Assembly (NCBI GenBank): GCA_040954595.2 | Contig: CM082590.2 | Span: forward strand, 7,750,001 to 7,814,000 | Origin: Balanoglossus misakiensis | Taxonomy: Eukaryota; Animalia; Hemichordata | Direction: 5' to 3' | DNA: 64,000 bases | Shown: in pieces, positions 1 to 13,875 of the stretch | Layout of the letters: every line of letters begins with the position of its first letter | Numbering within the stretch: position 1 is the first letter of the stretch | Notes under the pieces: generated by a model | What the model was told of the DNA's origin: nothing | The model's input: the letters and a program-made list of their open reading frames with translations, nothing else | The model's database searches: none | Position numbers and translations under genes: made by a program

Positions 1-168
1 TGAATAAATGGTAGAGACCGATTATTCATTTTGTCTACAAGTGAGATGGAAGGTGTGTGTGTTCGAACGTTGATTCACTATATATCCACATGTACATTAA
101 CATAAACAGTGTCTTGTATCAAACATAATTAATGGAAAAAGGGCAGCGAGAGAGAGACTTTGTTCCTT
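1..168. mobile_element. Right half of an AGGGACAAAG MITE (truncated by the window start)
   Basis: ...cagtgtcttgtatcaaacataattaatggaaaaagggcagcgagagagagactttgttccttt matches the family right arm. Confidence 0.8.
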
Positions 169-397
169 TATTTTACCAGTACATGTAAATTGCACAGGGA
201 CTGTAACACAGTGACCACCATATAAAGGTGGTCACTAACACAGGTTAGATTGTATCAGCTTTATCATTATGAAATTCTGATGTGTCCTGGTCAACACACA
301 CGGTGAACCAAATCTTCACTGGTTTGAATTGTGGGCAGATATTCATATTATGGGTCATTCATGATATCATAATAATAAATGATTTCATTTTTTGCAG

Positions 398-1409
398 AGG
401 GGTGTCTAACCTACTTGAAAGGCAAACGAGCATACGCTAGTTTGAAGAGAAGGGGTCGACTGGAGCCCACAATGAAAAGGAGCAGAGCCAAAGGAAGACA
501 ACGCAAGGTGAGTCAGCCACTGGTCGTTTGGTTAAAGAGAGTACAATGTATATTGTAACACACCTCATCCACAGACTGTGTTCTCATTCGTCAATTCATA
601 GTCATGTGGTGTGCGTTCTTTTTGTGCTGTTGCCCGCCTGGCATCAGTTCCGATAAATGATGCCCGCTCACTTTGTGTATGGTGAGTTCCTTATGCATGG
701 CTGCGGATAAGGTGTGTTACAAAACACATACTGACTGGCCTTTTGGGCAACAGCACACGTCTGTCGCCCCTCGGAACTGTGAGTCACTCCCCAAAACAGA
801 CTGTTCCACTCGGCCTTCAGCCTCGGGAAACAGTCTGTTGTGAGGGGTTACAGATGTATGCTATTGCCCTCATGGCCAGTCAATACATGTATATGTTTCC
901 TGATCGCACACCGATACATATCATACACACACACACACACACCTGTACATTCATAACATAGTGGCTACTACCACTATATAGAAGTGGCCACTGTACATGT
1001 TAATTGCACAGAGATCGACACAGGTTTGACTGTATTTTAACACACTGTCCCCCTCTCTCCCTAAATACAGAAGATGAAAAGGCGATGCGAGGCTCTAGAA
1101 AGCATCCAGTGGTCCCCAGAAACAAAGGACAGAGTCCAACACGTGATGAACGACCTGGCCTACCACAGCTCGGAAGAGAGCGATCCAGAAGGAGACATCA
1201 CTTGGCGGGCGAGGCAAACTCTATACTGGGAATCCAAGGAACTGAAGAAATGCAAGAAAGATCTGGACGAACACTTCTGGAAGCACGTGGCCCATAGGAA
1301 CGCTAAGCAGTGTTATGTGGAGGTGCGGGACAAGGGCAAGGAATCGGACCGGATGATACCGGATAATGCACCAGCCTGGGCATATGCAAGTAGACCTTTG
1401 CCTTTTTAG
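398..1409 (+). CDS. 3' part of an uncharacterised basic protein gene (last two coding exons 398-507, 1071-1409); C14orf93-like C-terminal motif pattern
   Basis: tttgcag|AG at 398, AAG|gtgagt at 507, tacag|AAG at 1071. Joined frame reads GCLTYLKGKRAYASLKRRGRLEPTMKRSRAKGRQRK-KMKRRCEALE...AYHSSEESD...LYWESKELKKCKKDLD...SDRMIPDNAPAWA..., stop at 1409. The SSEE/WxSxxL..LD/SxRxxPxxAPxWA pattern is recalled from invertebrate C14orf93-like proteins (family call is inference). 5' exons lie upstream of the window. Confidence 0.7.
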
Positions 1410-1451
1410 GTAATTAAGTTTCTTTCATATAGCATACACGTACAAAGTTAA

Positions 1452-1665
1452 TACTGTAAACTGGGAAATTTTTGCAACAGACAATTTTCACGATTTAAAA
1501 GAGACAACTGTTTCTTGATGATTGATGTTCGCGTTCTCAAATTTCACTAACTGTATCATTTAATATCTCCAAAAAAATTTTATGAGACTCTTCGTTTTCA
1601 TGTTATTTTGGCTCTCTGGATATTCGTGAAAATTTATTGTTTGCGAAAATTTCCCATTTTACAGT
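1452..1665. mobile_element. TACTGTAAA MITE family, diverged copy
   Basis: tactgtaaactgggaaatttt...aaaatttcccattttacagta. Confidence 0.75.
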
Positions 1666-2760
1666 ATTCACTCACATAGCACACATGCATGTACCAAGTC
1701 GCAGACAACAAGTGTTTTACAGTAGGTAGGTCATATATTACATTGGGCAGCCCTGTTGATCGCAGTGTTTGGTACATGTATAGCCAAGGACTCTTTTATC
1801 ATACAGAACAGTACGGTATACAGGCACACTGGTGGAACATCTGTTGTTATATATTTCAAACCACCTGAGGACACGTTTTATGGTTGTAATATACTGTATT
1901 TTATTCCCATTTTAATTTTGGTAGTTGGAGACGCTCTTTAATCCAGACACCACTTCAACTGTCCGTTTTTTTGTCTGTCGGATCCGTCCGTTCTCCAGTT
2001 CGTCTGGTACCCCACCCACGGCTGGTCTGTCTGTACGTTTGTCCATTAATCCGTTTGTTTATCCCCCCCCACCCCGGCTGGTCTGTGTGTGTACGCTCTC
2101 CCCTCCCATCAAGCCACTCGTCCATCCGTCTGCCCTTTAATCTGTCTGTTCATCTCCCCTCCCATCCATCCGCTTGTCCATCTGTTTCCTCCACCCGAAT
2201 CTTCACCCAACCCATCTAATTTTGCTTCCGTTGTACAAATAGCCATATCAGTAGCATGCAATCAATAATGAATCATTAACTATCGAGGTCGTTTATTTAT
2301 ACCACTACAATACTCTAATTTATAATTCTGACCAGACTGGCTTAGCATTTGTCAAAGATAGCTTAAAGGAGAAAACATTTATTTGACCTTGTTTTATGCA
2401 CACCATAATAAGTTTGTGAAAATGTCAGGATTTGTATGAGTTCTCAAAGAAATAATTTGCTCGTTTAAACAACAGTAATAATTTATTATTTATTTTATAT
2501 TTAGTTATTTGTGTTTTTGTATTTTTTTTTACTTAATATTATGATTTTTAATATTTTTTTTTTACTTTATATTTTGATTGTAATATTTATTTGTGTTTTT
2601 GTATTTTTTTACTTTATATTTTTCTATTGTAATTAATAAAGGAACCAAACTAGCTTTGTGGGTATACATGCAAAATGATTGAAGGTATGAGTGTGGTACT
2701 GTACTAGTGGTTTTCCGATGTTGAAGGCAAATTTCTATAATGATGTATGATTGTTGAAGT

Positions 2761-3215
2761 GAGGTGTTAATATCCTTTACACTGGCTCTGGTCTGGCCAG
2801 CAATGCAGTCTCAAATCTGAGATGTATCAGGACCAATTAACCCGTTCACACATAATAATTTACGCCAGGATTTGAGCTGAGACGTTTCAGAAATGTCTTA
2901 ATGGTCTCAGTGTGACCCCCATACTAGAAACGTTTCAGAGACACTATTTGCCATTTGCAAATACAGAGAATTAATCCTTTGAGTCGCTTTGTGTCCACAC
3001 ACACAAAGTTAAAGCATAGACCTTGTTCTTGGCCCCCATAGACATGTTGCAGAGAGGTGTTAATCCTTACACTGGCTCAGGTCTGGCCAGCAAAGGCATC
3101 ATAAATCTGAGATGTATCAAGACCACTTTAACCATTCTCACATAATAATTTACGCCAGTATTTGAGCTGAGATGTTTCAGAAACATTTCAATGGCCCCTG
3201 TACGTGTGACCGCCA
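2761..3215. repeat. Diverged direct duplication of ~160 bp between the convergent gene ends
   Basis: gaggtgttaat..cttacactggctc.ggtctggccagcaa...aaatctgagatgtatca...cacataataatttacgccag.atttgagctgaga at ~2761 and ~3054. Confidence 0.8.
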
Positions 3216-3576
3216 TAATTGAGGGGGCATGAAATCCTATTACCTCACACATACGTTGTACGCAAGCCATTTCATAGAATCAGACAAAACAATAATGACA
3301 ATGTTTATTGGTACATTGTATTTATTTTGCACAAAACCCATTGCATAGTGTTGGAGCCATGTGTCAAATATTGCTCTGGTAAACATGCTATAGGCAAGCC
3401 ATGATTATCATACAGTGGTACATGTAGTCTAGTTTAGTCCCCAGTCAGTCAAATGCAGAATATATTTACATATATCCATATATGGTGAAAAGGGGTGTGT
3501 CTAAGTCCTCTAATCTTAACTTCTCCAGCAGAAACACAGGTGTACCATTTTTCAGCTTTGTTAAAAAGCAAAAATA

Positions 3577-3878
3577 TTAAAGCCCCAGTAGCTGCCACTT
3601 AAATGATAGTTTTGATCAATAAAATACTTATATCTTCTCCCTATCCTTTTTGCCAAATTATATAATTTTGAATATATGGGTATTCTAAAACCTGAGTATA
3701 TGTGCGCATATCATTGTGGTTGTGTAATCTTGCAAAGGTATCAGCTTATAACTTGACTTTACCACAGTCAAAGGCAAAAAATGTTCGTGTATACCCATCA
3801 GTTAACTAAATGGACAAATCTAAGTTTTAGAAACAAAAAAATAATATAATGAGAAAAATGGCAGCTATTGGGGCTTTA
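3577..3878. mobile_element. TTAA-flanked MITE (Kolobok-like, AGCCCCA ends)
   Basis: ttaa-agccccagtagctgcca...tggcagctattggggct-ttaa. Isolated right ends recur near 11541, 28013 and 59147. Confidence 0.75.
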
Positions 3879-4497
3879 ATTTAATAAATATTTCAACGGA
3901 AATCATAGACACATTCAATGTCAACAAGAAGTATTAGAACCATGGATTAAAAATTGAGCCTCTAAAATGACATTACAGCTGCAAGAGCAATTGAATCCAT
4001 CCCATACAGATTACTAGAACCATGGATTAAACCCTGGGCCTTTAAAATGACAAAACAGCTGCAAAAAGAATTCAAACTATCCCATGCACATTTTCCATTA
4101 ACATTTTTTAGAATACTATAGCATAAACTGGTACAATATCTATTGAAGTTTAGTTAGAGACCCCAAACAAATAATAGTCTCTGTGTTGGAAAGTACATTT
4201 TCTTAATGCTACACTGAATGACATTTGGTTAAGCACCATGAACAGCAGAAATCTGTGACAACTTTATAACAAATTTATTGCCATTTACAAGTTCCTGTTA
4301 AGAATATAATGATACTGCATCATTATCACACTTTAGGTCCTGTGTGTTCAGTTTCTACGAGTTTATCATATTTTCTGATGTAGAAGTTTTTTTCGGTAAA
4401 ATTTAATTTTTAAAACGTTCATATTTGAGCAAAAAACATCGAAGTACACACATTTTAGCCAATTATTGATTTTGCATAGAGGGCAGTTAGAGCAGTT

Positions 4498-7400
4498 TTA
4501 ATAAGACTTTTGTTGGCGAATCTCCATCTCCTTGCTCATTTCTCCAACAACTTGATGCAGCGTTCCCATGACGATATCCACGTGATGCTTCTGCAAGAGC
4601 AGGGTTGGTCGAAATCGAATCGAGGAAGCACCACAGCTACACATGTGCACACCTGCATTTTAGAAAAAAATATGTTTATAAATTTGGCGTGCATAAATAT
4701 GCATATCATCTGTCTCACAATTGTAAGGCCTATACAAACCTGTCTTTAGTGGCCAGTCAAGGGACTTTCCTAAACTGGCCTTTATAGACAGGTCAATTAA
4801 TGCACTCGTGAATTGCACAGGGACTGTAACATAGTGGCCACTATATAGAGTTGGCCACTAACACAGGTTTGACTGTACATGTGAATTGCACAGGGACTGT
4901 AACAAAGTGGCCACTATATAGAGTTGGCCACTAACACAGGTTTGACTGTACATGTGAATTGCACAGGAACTGTAACAAAGTGGCCACTATATAGAGGTGA
5001 CCACTAACACAGGTTTGACTGTACATGTGAATTGCACAGGGACTGTAACAAAGTGGTCACTATATAGAGGTGGCCATTAACACAGGTTTGACAGTACATG
5101 TAAATTGCACAGGAACTGTAACAAAGTGGCCACTATATAGAGTTGGCCACTAACACAGGTTTGACTGTACATGTGAATTGCACAGGGACTGTAACAAAGT
5201 GGCCACTATATAGAGTTGGCCACTAACACAGGTTTGACTGTACATGTGAATTGCACAGGGACTGTAACAAAGTGGCCACTATATAGAGGTGACCACTAAC
5301 ACAGGTTTGACTGTACATGTGAATTGCACAGGGACTGTAACAAAGTGGCCACTATATAGAGTTGGCCACTAACACAGGTTTGACTGTACATGTGAATTGC
5401 ACAGGGACTGTAACAAAGTGGCCACTATATAGAGTTGGCCACTAACACAGGTTTGACTGTACATGTGAATTGCACAGGGACTGTAACAAAGTGGCCACTA
5501 TATAAAGGTGGCCACTAACCCAGGTTTGACTGTACATGTGAATTGCACAGGGACTGTAACAAAGTGGCCACTATATAGAGTTGGCCACTAACACAGGTTT
5601 GACTGTACATGTGAATTGCACAGGGACTGTAACAAAGTGGCCACTATATAGAGTTGGCCACTAACACAGGTTTGACTGTACATGTGAATTGCACAGGGAC
5701 TGTAACAAAGTGGCCACTATATAGAGGTGACCACTATATAGAGGTGTACATTAAATTTACTTGAAAGTGCCTTAATCTTTCTCAGAGGCATTTTAACCCT
5801 TTCGCTCCCAATTCCCTCTAAAGAGGTCCCCTTGAACCATACCATGATAGAAAACAATTAGCTTGGTCTGTCTGAATCATGGTGGTGAATTCATGTGCAT
5901 AGGCAAACAAATTATACATTATTACATACACTTACCTCTGTTTCTTACTTCTTGCAATAATGTCTGTAATGTTTCGTGGTCCTTGACATCAATGGCACAG
6001 AATGTACCAACACCCCGCACTGCACTAAAAATGTCTGGATAACATTGCTGAAAATAGAAGCAAATCAGATCAGAGTTTATAGTTACACACCTCTGTGCAA
6101 AAACATAATCAGAAACATGAGAAGCGTTTCAGATAGTTTGTGAATTTTTATATGACTAAACTTTTTACATCAGTGATGCAAATGTGTATCAGTATCGAGT
6201 TGTTTTTATTGGCGTAAATATTTGCGACAATACCCATCCATATTCTAAACTTTCATAGGTCAAAATATAGAGTATTTACACGGCCAGTTGTAAATAGGTA
6301 GTCACAAACGATACAGCACAGCCAGGCGATCAAAATAATGTACAGAACAAAGTGAAGTCTGAGAAAGAAAGACATATGGACTTCTGGCAAAATGACCAGG
6401 AAATGACATATATATGATTACCATGCACTGACAAAAACTGACTCACCTCCAAGTCTCTTAACTTCTGCATCAAGTACTCTCCCGTTTCCTGAACATTTTG
6501 CAATAAATTATCTTTCTGAATGACCTCAATCACTTTCTCAAGTAGAAGCACTTTGCTGGGGTCTCCCATCCAGGTATTGAACATGCGATGTCCCTGTAAA
6601 ATAATGAAAGACATTATTTAAAACTCAGTGTTCTCCCCAGGAATTTCTGATAGAGTAGTGGCTTATTCGCATAACAATATAAATAGTTGTTATGTTAATT
6701 AAGTTCTATTGTCTTCTCAAAATTAAAGAGTAGTGGTCACTATACTTAAATTGCTCTCAGTGGGAAACACTAACATGGAGCTGCAGTTATTTCCCTGATG
6801 CAACACAATGAACTTCAAGAATAATGCTGGTATCAAAGTAGGCACAAAGTTTAACAGCTACAATGTGGTTGTTACTTTGTATTACATTTCCATGTTACTC
6901 TAATATAACATGTACAGGTCTCCCTGTGATAACGTTGCACATGTGCAGTGGAGACGATCCTCCCCCTTTAAATTTGAAACTGGTTACATGAGCAAAGACC
7001 ACCATCAACCTTGGCAGGTATTCATGCTAATAATCACAACAATTAACTTACCATGCACACATGTTAAAATGTAGCAGTTTACTCTACATATGTTTTGTTG
7101 CTGTTGTGGTTGTTGTTGTTGTTGTTTACCAACACACAAACATCCCTTATAAGGTAATAATTTGGAAGTAACATGATGTAAACAAACATGGCTAATGAGG
7201 CCAGGCTTTAAAGGGACACACTGGTGTGAACCTTTAAAGGGACACATAGGTGTGCATATAGTGTGCCGTAATATCCTCACATAATCAATGGCAAACTCGT
7301 CACTGTAGTACAGGCCACCTGTCAGCATCTTCTTGCTGAAACACACCAGGTCAGGTGACATGGGTAGGTTCCAGGTTTCGTGAGCCCAGAATTTGCCTGT

Positions 7401-10400
7401 GGAACCACAGCCTGTCTGCACTTCATCGACGATGAATGCCATGCCGTACTAGAGAAGAAAGAAACACATGAAAATTAAATGAGTTACATGAGCGATTTGC
7501 AGATTGAATCACGGTGGATGGATAGGTGGATAGATGGATCCTTGAAAATACACGTAAAGTGAAACCTGTCTATTAAGGACACCTCTGGGACTAGAAAATA
7601 TGTCCTTAATACAGAGGTGTCCTTAATTCACAGGTAATATTCTATTCAAACTGTGACGTTTGTCTTGAAAAATCTGTCCTTAATAGAGAGGTGTCCTGAT
7701 TAGAGATATGTCCGTAATGACAGATTTCACTGTACATTGCATCGAGTAAATTGATACTTGTAATAGTGTCTGAGAGTGACTTGAACTAGAGGAGAAAACA
7801 TGAAAATTAAATAAGAGGTATTTTAAAGGTGCAATTTGCCGATTGGGTGGATGGACATTTGCTAATAAATTGTATCAAGTAAATCAATGCTTGTTAAACA
7901 CTGCACTAACTACGGTAGTATTATAGTTTAATACAAACTTTGGCTTCTAGTGACCCAATGCTGCGGTAATACACCAAGTCTCACGTGATCTCGCACTGAG
8001 CCGAAAATCATCCATTGGATAGAACACCTACCTCTTTGCATATTGCTTGCAGTGACTGAAAGAATTCTGGAGATGCGTGGTTGTCCCCACCCTCTGATTG
8101 AATCGGTTCTGTGATGACACCAGCTACATATCGTCCCTCAGAGTTGTACTTTTGCACCAGTGTACGCACCTGCATATTGCCAGATATAAAATAGTGTTAA
8201 AGTCATTTCATAAGTCGCAGCGGTATTATAAGTCGCACCCCTTCTTTGAAAAACTTGTTTGGGAGGAGATTTTAAGGAAATGAATACAACAGAACATTGG
8301 TATTATAAGTCGCACCCCCTTTTCGGCACACACTGTCACTCAAAAAAGGCGCGTCTTATAAAATGACTTTAACAGTAGTATTCCAGTTTCACTACCATGT
8401 GCCAAGAAGCCAGTTTAATAGTCACTGTTGACATGCCCATAATGTAAAATATCTTTTCTCGGTTGTTTGCAAGTACTTGTACTAGCTTGCATTTTAATCC
8501 ATAAACAAGGCTGGTTGTTTTAATGTGGTAGGATGTTGGTTCAGACAAACACACGAGACACAGACATACAGAGAAAGACAGACAGGCAGACAGAAAGATA
8601 GACAGATGAGATGAGATATGTACACATGCACACACACACAGAATGCACTTACTTCTTCCAAGCACCTACTTTCCTCTTCTCTGTTTTCCTCAGCAAACTC
8701 CTCCAGGGGATATCTCAATTTAGGGAAGTGTGCAAAGGGCCAATCAAATGAAGGGATGTCCAGTTTATGAACCCACTTGGAATGCGTACATGTCAGGGAA
8801 CCTATAGAGGAAAAATATTTCCAGAATGGAGATTGATTCAATTTTCATTAACCGATAGTATTGGCTTTGTGCCACACCTGTTTATAAATCGGCCATTGTG
8901 GTGGTAATGCCTATTATCCTGGTGTAATTGTAGTGTTAGTGGGAAGCAATACACAAATCGTTGGCCAGAAGAAAATAACTTCATCAATCAATCAATCAAA
9001 AGGACTTATAGAGCGCCAAACTCCACTGCAATAGTTTTCAATAGCGCTTTACAATGTCAAAAAAACAATGTTAATAGGCTCTGTTAAACAGATAAGTCTT
9101 GATGTGTTTCTTGAAACTGTCAAGGCTAGGTGACTGGCATACTTCATCACGTGAATTGGTCAATGCAAAGGGAATATGGAAAGTGTGGGGGACAAGCAAT
9201 TTGTAAATTACTATCCCCGGAGAAATTGGCTTTCATCATCTATGTGAACGGTCAAATTGGCCAACGCGAAGAGAATTCTTGAAAGCATTAGGGGAGGGGG
9301 CAGCAGTTCATTAATTGCTGGCCCCCCGATAAAATAACTTTCTCCGATGTACAAGAATCACCACTCACCCAAAGTCCTTCCATGAAACGCTCCTTTGAAC
9401 GACAATATTGTGAAAGGAGTGGTTCCGGGACTCTGAGAAGTAAACCAACGTGCGTTAAGACATTGTACAGAAATAGTGGCAAACAGACTCATCATTTTAA
9501 TACAACAATATATCACAAGTTTATAAGTCATGTTTTGGACTGCAGTTTATAAAACTAGCTTCTTTACAATAGACCAAGCTTTGCATCATTGCTCGATTCT
9601 AGACACCAATCGTAACTCATCATCATCTAACGGTAAAAGTTAAACAATGGTCATCTTTGTAATGTACATAATCCAGCTACCAAACACCATGCATATACTG
9701 TAAAACACTTTTTTTTCGCGAGTCAAAATTTTCGCGATATCGAGAGAGGCCACTGTTACGCGAATATTAATTTTCGCGTTTTCACACATTGTTCTTTCAC
9801 AACTATATGTACGCGAGTCTTTATTTTCGCGGTTTTTTGGCTCTCGCGTATTTAGCGTAAATTTACTGCTCGCGAAAATAAAGTGTTTTACAGTACATCA
9901 GCATGGCTGGACAGTATTCATGAAGTCCTTTGTCCCTATACTGAGTAATAGCAAGGGTATCTGTCTGTGATTGCGCCATATGGAGGTGACGTAACCAAAG
10001 CCAGACACTCTTGTTATGTAAATACCAATCTCGCGCTTCCACTGATATTTGAATGTTGGTATTAAGAAGGTCATTGACCTTCCTTTGATGGGTGATTTGA
10101 TTTAGCATCGCGCGAATCTGTCTCAATACGTCCAGGCCAACAGCAAATTGAAAGGGATAAAACTGTAATGAAATCCTGAATGTCCATGTTTGTGAGAAAG
10201 AGCCCTGTTATTTTCGCTGTTTCTTTGTTAGTGATGACATAACTGTATTTAGTGGACTTTAAAGGGACAAAGTCTCTCTCCAGCTGCCCCTTTTCCATTA
10301 ATTATGTTTGATACAAGACGCCGTTTATGTTATTCTACATGTGGATATATGGTGAATCAACATTCGACCACACGAAACTTCCATCCCACTTGTATGATAT

Positions 10401-13400
10401 GACAGTAAAAACTCGCCCTAAATGAATAAATGGTAAAGAACGGTTATTCATTTTGGCGTGTTTTTTCACTCTCATGTCTACAACCGGGACGGAAGTTGTG
10501 TGTGGTCGAACGTTGATTCACTACATATCCACATGTAGAATTACATAAATGGTGTCTTGTATCAAACATAATTCATGGAAAAAAGGGCAGTGAGAGAGAG
10601 ACTTTGTCCCTTTAACTGAAGTGGTACTGTTTATGTCTGTCGGTGTCTGAGCGAACATGTTACGTAATACGACTTCTTTCACTGACAGGGGAAAATCGAA
10701 AACAAACCCTGAAGTTGACAGAGGCCCTGTCATCTTGCCAATTCATGACGTCACTGGAGCATAATGATGATATTATGATATAAAAAATCCCCATTACCTT
10801 ATTAACTAAGCAAGACTGTAGTTCCTCTTCACTTATCAATTCTCCACTTCTTTGCTTTTTCTGCAGATGGAAAATAAGTGACATAAACGGATGAATCAGA
10901 ACAGGCTGTTGCAGTTACCATTCAAGGTTTGTAAAGTTCGTTGACACGTGTGTGATTGTGGATTGAATGATTTAAACCAGAGAGTATTTGAGTGAATCAC
11001 ATTGATACAACAATATTTTGAGAAATATTCACAATATACTAGTAAACTACTCGTGGCGCACTTCTTTAAACGTTCTGACAAACAGTCTATATTAAAGGGA
11101 CAAAGGCACGTAGCTCTCTTTCTCTTGGCCATTTTTGGTCAATTTTGTTCGCTACCAAAAATATGTCTATCCCATTTGCACTATTTATTTAGTCGTCCAA
11201 TACAAGAGTACACAGCTATCGTGATATACATATAAGGGTATTATAATCTCTATAATTTCAAAATGTTGTCATCTGTCGACTTAGGAAAAAGAGGATTGAA
11301 ATATGTTATATCGATTAAAGGAACACAGTCCCTCTCTCGCTGCCCTTTTTCCATTAATTATAATTGAAACAAGACACCGCTTATGTTATTCTACATGTGG
11401 ATATATAGTGGTCGAACGTTGATTCACTATATATCCACATATAGAATAACATAAACGGTATCTTGTATCAAACATAAATACATTATAATAGGAATAGGGC
11501 AGCGAGAGAGAGACTTTGTCCCTTTAAAATATGCTAAAATTGGCAGCTATAGGGGCTTTAAAAATAATTCACATTGTCACTGTAAGCAAGTTGTTTGTGT
11601 ACATACTCGGTACCAGACAAATGCAAGTTTGATGGCGTTCTCCACTGAACACGTTCCACAGGCCATCGTCTGCACTCTATTCAAACCAGGGGGTGCAACC
11701 TATGGATAGAATGGCACCAAAAAGCAATGTCAGGGTTGCGCATACGTTAATATGGAGAGGTGTGAAACTGTAGTCTCACAAAATGATACAAATCCCGAAA
11801 TTGATAGAAAGTGTTGTAATTCAAGAAAGGACAGATGGAATAAATATTTATTATGTGACCGCCCGGTTTTTTGGAACGTCAATCACCAATAGAGACTTGA
11901 ACTAAAACAACCCCTCCACCCCTATTTCACCCTATAGTGGTCCAGCTTTACAATAGAAAACAATGGACTTGGGCCAAACTAGTGAAAGGCTAGGGTTAAA
12001 CTTTTAAGCACTTTTTAGCTTTATAACAATAAAAAAAATAAAAGCGAAAAATATACCAATGCAATAAAAAATGGGGGAAAAACAGGTTCATGAGATATTT
12101 TAAAAATAAATATAATCTTCAGATACAGTAAAACTCCAATTATCCGAACTCCAATTATCCAAATTGTTTGGTTATCCGCACTGCTATCATGTCCCCCAAA
12201 CAGTTCTATTGTATACAATTGTTATCCGAATAACCGAACTGTCTGCATACCCGAACAAAATCAATGTCCCCCTGTCAGTTCGGATAATTGGAGTTTTACT
12301 GTAATATTATTTATACCATGTGTAAACATCTGCTTCGGGGCACACATGTTTGCTAGCATTCTAGCTGCACCCTAGTCAACATTGAACACTCAAATACTGC
12401 ACTTCTGGTCAACAGATTCGCAACGTGGGTCTATTTTAGGAAAGTTTTATAGACTAGCTGCTTTCACTGTTTATTACCGATATCAATGCCTTTTGTACTC
12501 TTCGGGGGTAGTCGTCGTTTGGCGTCACTCCAAGGGCTGGTCTATTCACAAACACACTCTGCAAACAGGAAATGACATAGGAAATCATTAATATGCAAGC
12601 AATTTAGCATCGTACGGTATACTGTAAAACACTTTATTTTCGCGAGCAATTAATTTTCGCCAAATACGCGAGAGCCAAAATAGCGTGAAAATAAAAAAGT
12701 CGCGTAAATTGTTTTTGAAGATAACGATGCAGTGAATGAAATAAGAGAACAGTGGCCTCTCTCGATATCGCGAAAAATTACAACTCGCAAAAATAAAGTG
12801 TTTTACAGTATGTCAGCTATAGACATGTAGGGTATTCGCAATGCATGATGGTATAATTTGCGTTCAACATAGCGTCTAGTAAATGGCTATTGCACACGCT
12901 CACAACGCAAACTGTCCCACAACCCCCTGCGTTATTCTATCCGCGAAGTGGTCCATGTCCATTCGGACGTTGGCTTGGTTATTATTTATGATACATTCAG
13001 TGGCAGACCGACGACAGGACATCTGTTGTATTGTAATGACTCCCCCGGTATTTGAATGAAAAGAGCCTTTGTATTAAATCGACAGACAACACATGTGTCT
13101 CATTATGACTGCATGTTGCCAAGACTAGAAGTCCATAACAATTGTGTTATTTGTAATGTTGGCTGCACAACCCATATGCCAAAAATAATGGAAGTAGATA
13201 AAAACACTCTCACCATATTTTTGGGGTCTTTTACAGCTTCTATGAGGGCAGGGTGATTATAACCTGGAATAAAAGAAAAAGTCACGTCAAATAGGGGACT
13301 GTCTTCGCTTCCTTCCATATAATTTCTACTTTTCACCAAATTTGCTGTCTTTTCCTGATCTCCGACACAACTATGATCACCGCCATCTTGTCTGTTGTTA

Positions 13401-13840
13401 TATTAGGACAGCACATTGCCTTATGGCATTGACTGTATGTAATTTTTGTAACCAGAGTCTCTGGTTTGGCACATGCGCATAAGACGATCGTGGCCCTTTA
13501 ATAACATGGCTGCCCACCACAAATATTTTACTTTGTGAATTACCTAGTGGGATGGAAGCAACTTGTGTGAAGATATCAAGGAGACGATTGCCGTCAGCAT
13601 CTACTAGATAATTGCCCCGACTCTTGTCGTAATCACAGAAAAATTGTATGTGTTCCACGTTCTGAAAAGAATCAAAATACAGACAAGCCAATAAGAAGGT
13701 TATTGTAGCTAATACGTATACACATGCATGGATGAAGAGAGTTGTGTAAGGGTTTTGTAAATCTGAAATAACCGCATCATTGCAGTGTTGAGAGGTTATA
13801 ATGTTGTTGTTTGTGCTGTTGCTACTGTTGTTGTTGTTGT

Positions 13841-13875
<35 letters not shown>

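Noticed and set aside
4808-5745. Regular repeats resembling a CRISPR array
   Set aside because: Units are contiguous near-identical 73-mers with no unique spacers, in a eukaryotic intron, with no cas genes.
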